This document shows, piece after piece, positions 63,373 to 64,000 of a DNA stretch of 64,000 bases. The position numbers were made by a program, and so were the translations under genes. The notes beneath the pieces were generated by a model. That model was not told the DNA's origin. It searched no databases and worked only from the letters and a program-made list of their open reading frames with translations. Origin of the DNA: Diadema antillarum (taxonomy: Eukaryota); assembly GCF_040938485.1 (NCBI RefSeq), contig NW_027270921.1:186001-250000 (forward strand), given 5' to 3'. Numbering within the stretch: position 1 is the stretch's first letter; the number at the start of each line of letters is the position of its first letter.

Positions 63373-64000
63373 CTCTTTCCCCCCCCCCCCCCCCTCTGCT
63401 TAATAATCGCTTGCTTTCATAAAATCATGTATAAATGATACATGCAAGAAACTGAGAGAGGTTTAAGACTTAAAAAAGAACCTACTCGTAGTTGTGCTAA
63501 CAAAACATAGTCTATGCTAACTAAACTATATAATTGTAACTTTAATCTTACATCACAGTTCTTCCAAATACCTCCTTCACATCACGTTTTCCCAATCATG
63601 ATATGGGGGTGTCTTCTGATTGGAGTTTGCTCAATTTTGGGTGTGTGTTTGCATTATAAATGATTTGACCTCTGAAACACAATGAAGGTGGCGCCGAACA
63701 TGACCTTTGAATCACTTCCCCCACAGTACATCAGTACATGGAAATAGCTTTTGAGTGCAATGAGTGTTGAATGTTTGCTGACAAGACCAAAGATTTGTTT
63801 TTCGACAAAAATGTTACATGGAAAGTTGTTTGCGGTTTAAAATATTGTCAGGGAGACTTTTGTTGTTTATTGACTTTTAACACACAGTCCTTAAACACAT
63901 TCAGAGATTTCAAAAATGTTTTTCAGGAACGTGATTACAATCAAGTTCTTTTTTAAAGTCTGAAACCCTTCTGAAACTGGATGAAAGCAGCCAGCCTACC

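Noticed and set aside
1-64000. Most ORFs in the supplied six-frame track
   Set aside because: They are short, low-complexity, microsatellite-derived or span N runs, with no recognisable domains; expected by chance in intronic DNA.

Overview
Eukaryotic (metazoan) genomic DNA: AT-rich, repeat-dense and intron-rich, with four N gaps. The repeat types suggest a marine invertebrate, plausibly an echinoderm (inference only). One protein-coding gene is supported: a Kinase Suppressor of Ras (KSR1/2-type) gene on the minus strand. I traced 18 coding exons by splice sites and reading phase from 49150 down to the stop at 14193. They encode the C-terminal part of CC-SAM, a Pro-rich CA2 region, an atypical C1 domain, the CA4 Ser/Thr-rich region with an FxFP ERK-docking motif, the full RAF-like kinase domain and a C-terminal RSxSxP 14-3-3 site. 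No upstream exon resembling the KSR N-terminus was found, so the 5' exons probably lie beyond 64000. One kinase exon runs into a gap and one junction is out of phase. The rest is introns, UTR and intergenic DNA filled with non-autonomous DNA transposons (TTAA-flanked Kolobok-like foldbacks, TA-flanked Tc1/mariner MITEs, a deleted Tc1, Helentron-associated HINE-like elements), a tRNA-like SINE head, and mini/microsatellites. I found no wholly new biological system. The best leads are a DFG-to-DFA change in an otherwise catalytically complete KSR, the out-of-phase junction, a decayed exon duplication leaving a decoy splice donor, and a HINE-like element carrying a 157-bp satellite array.
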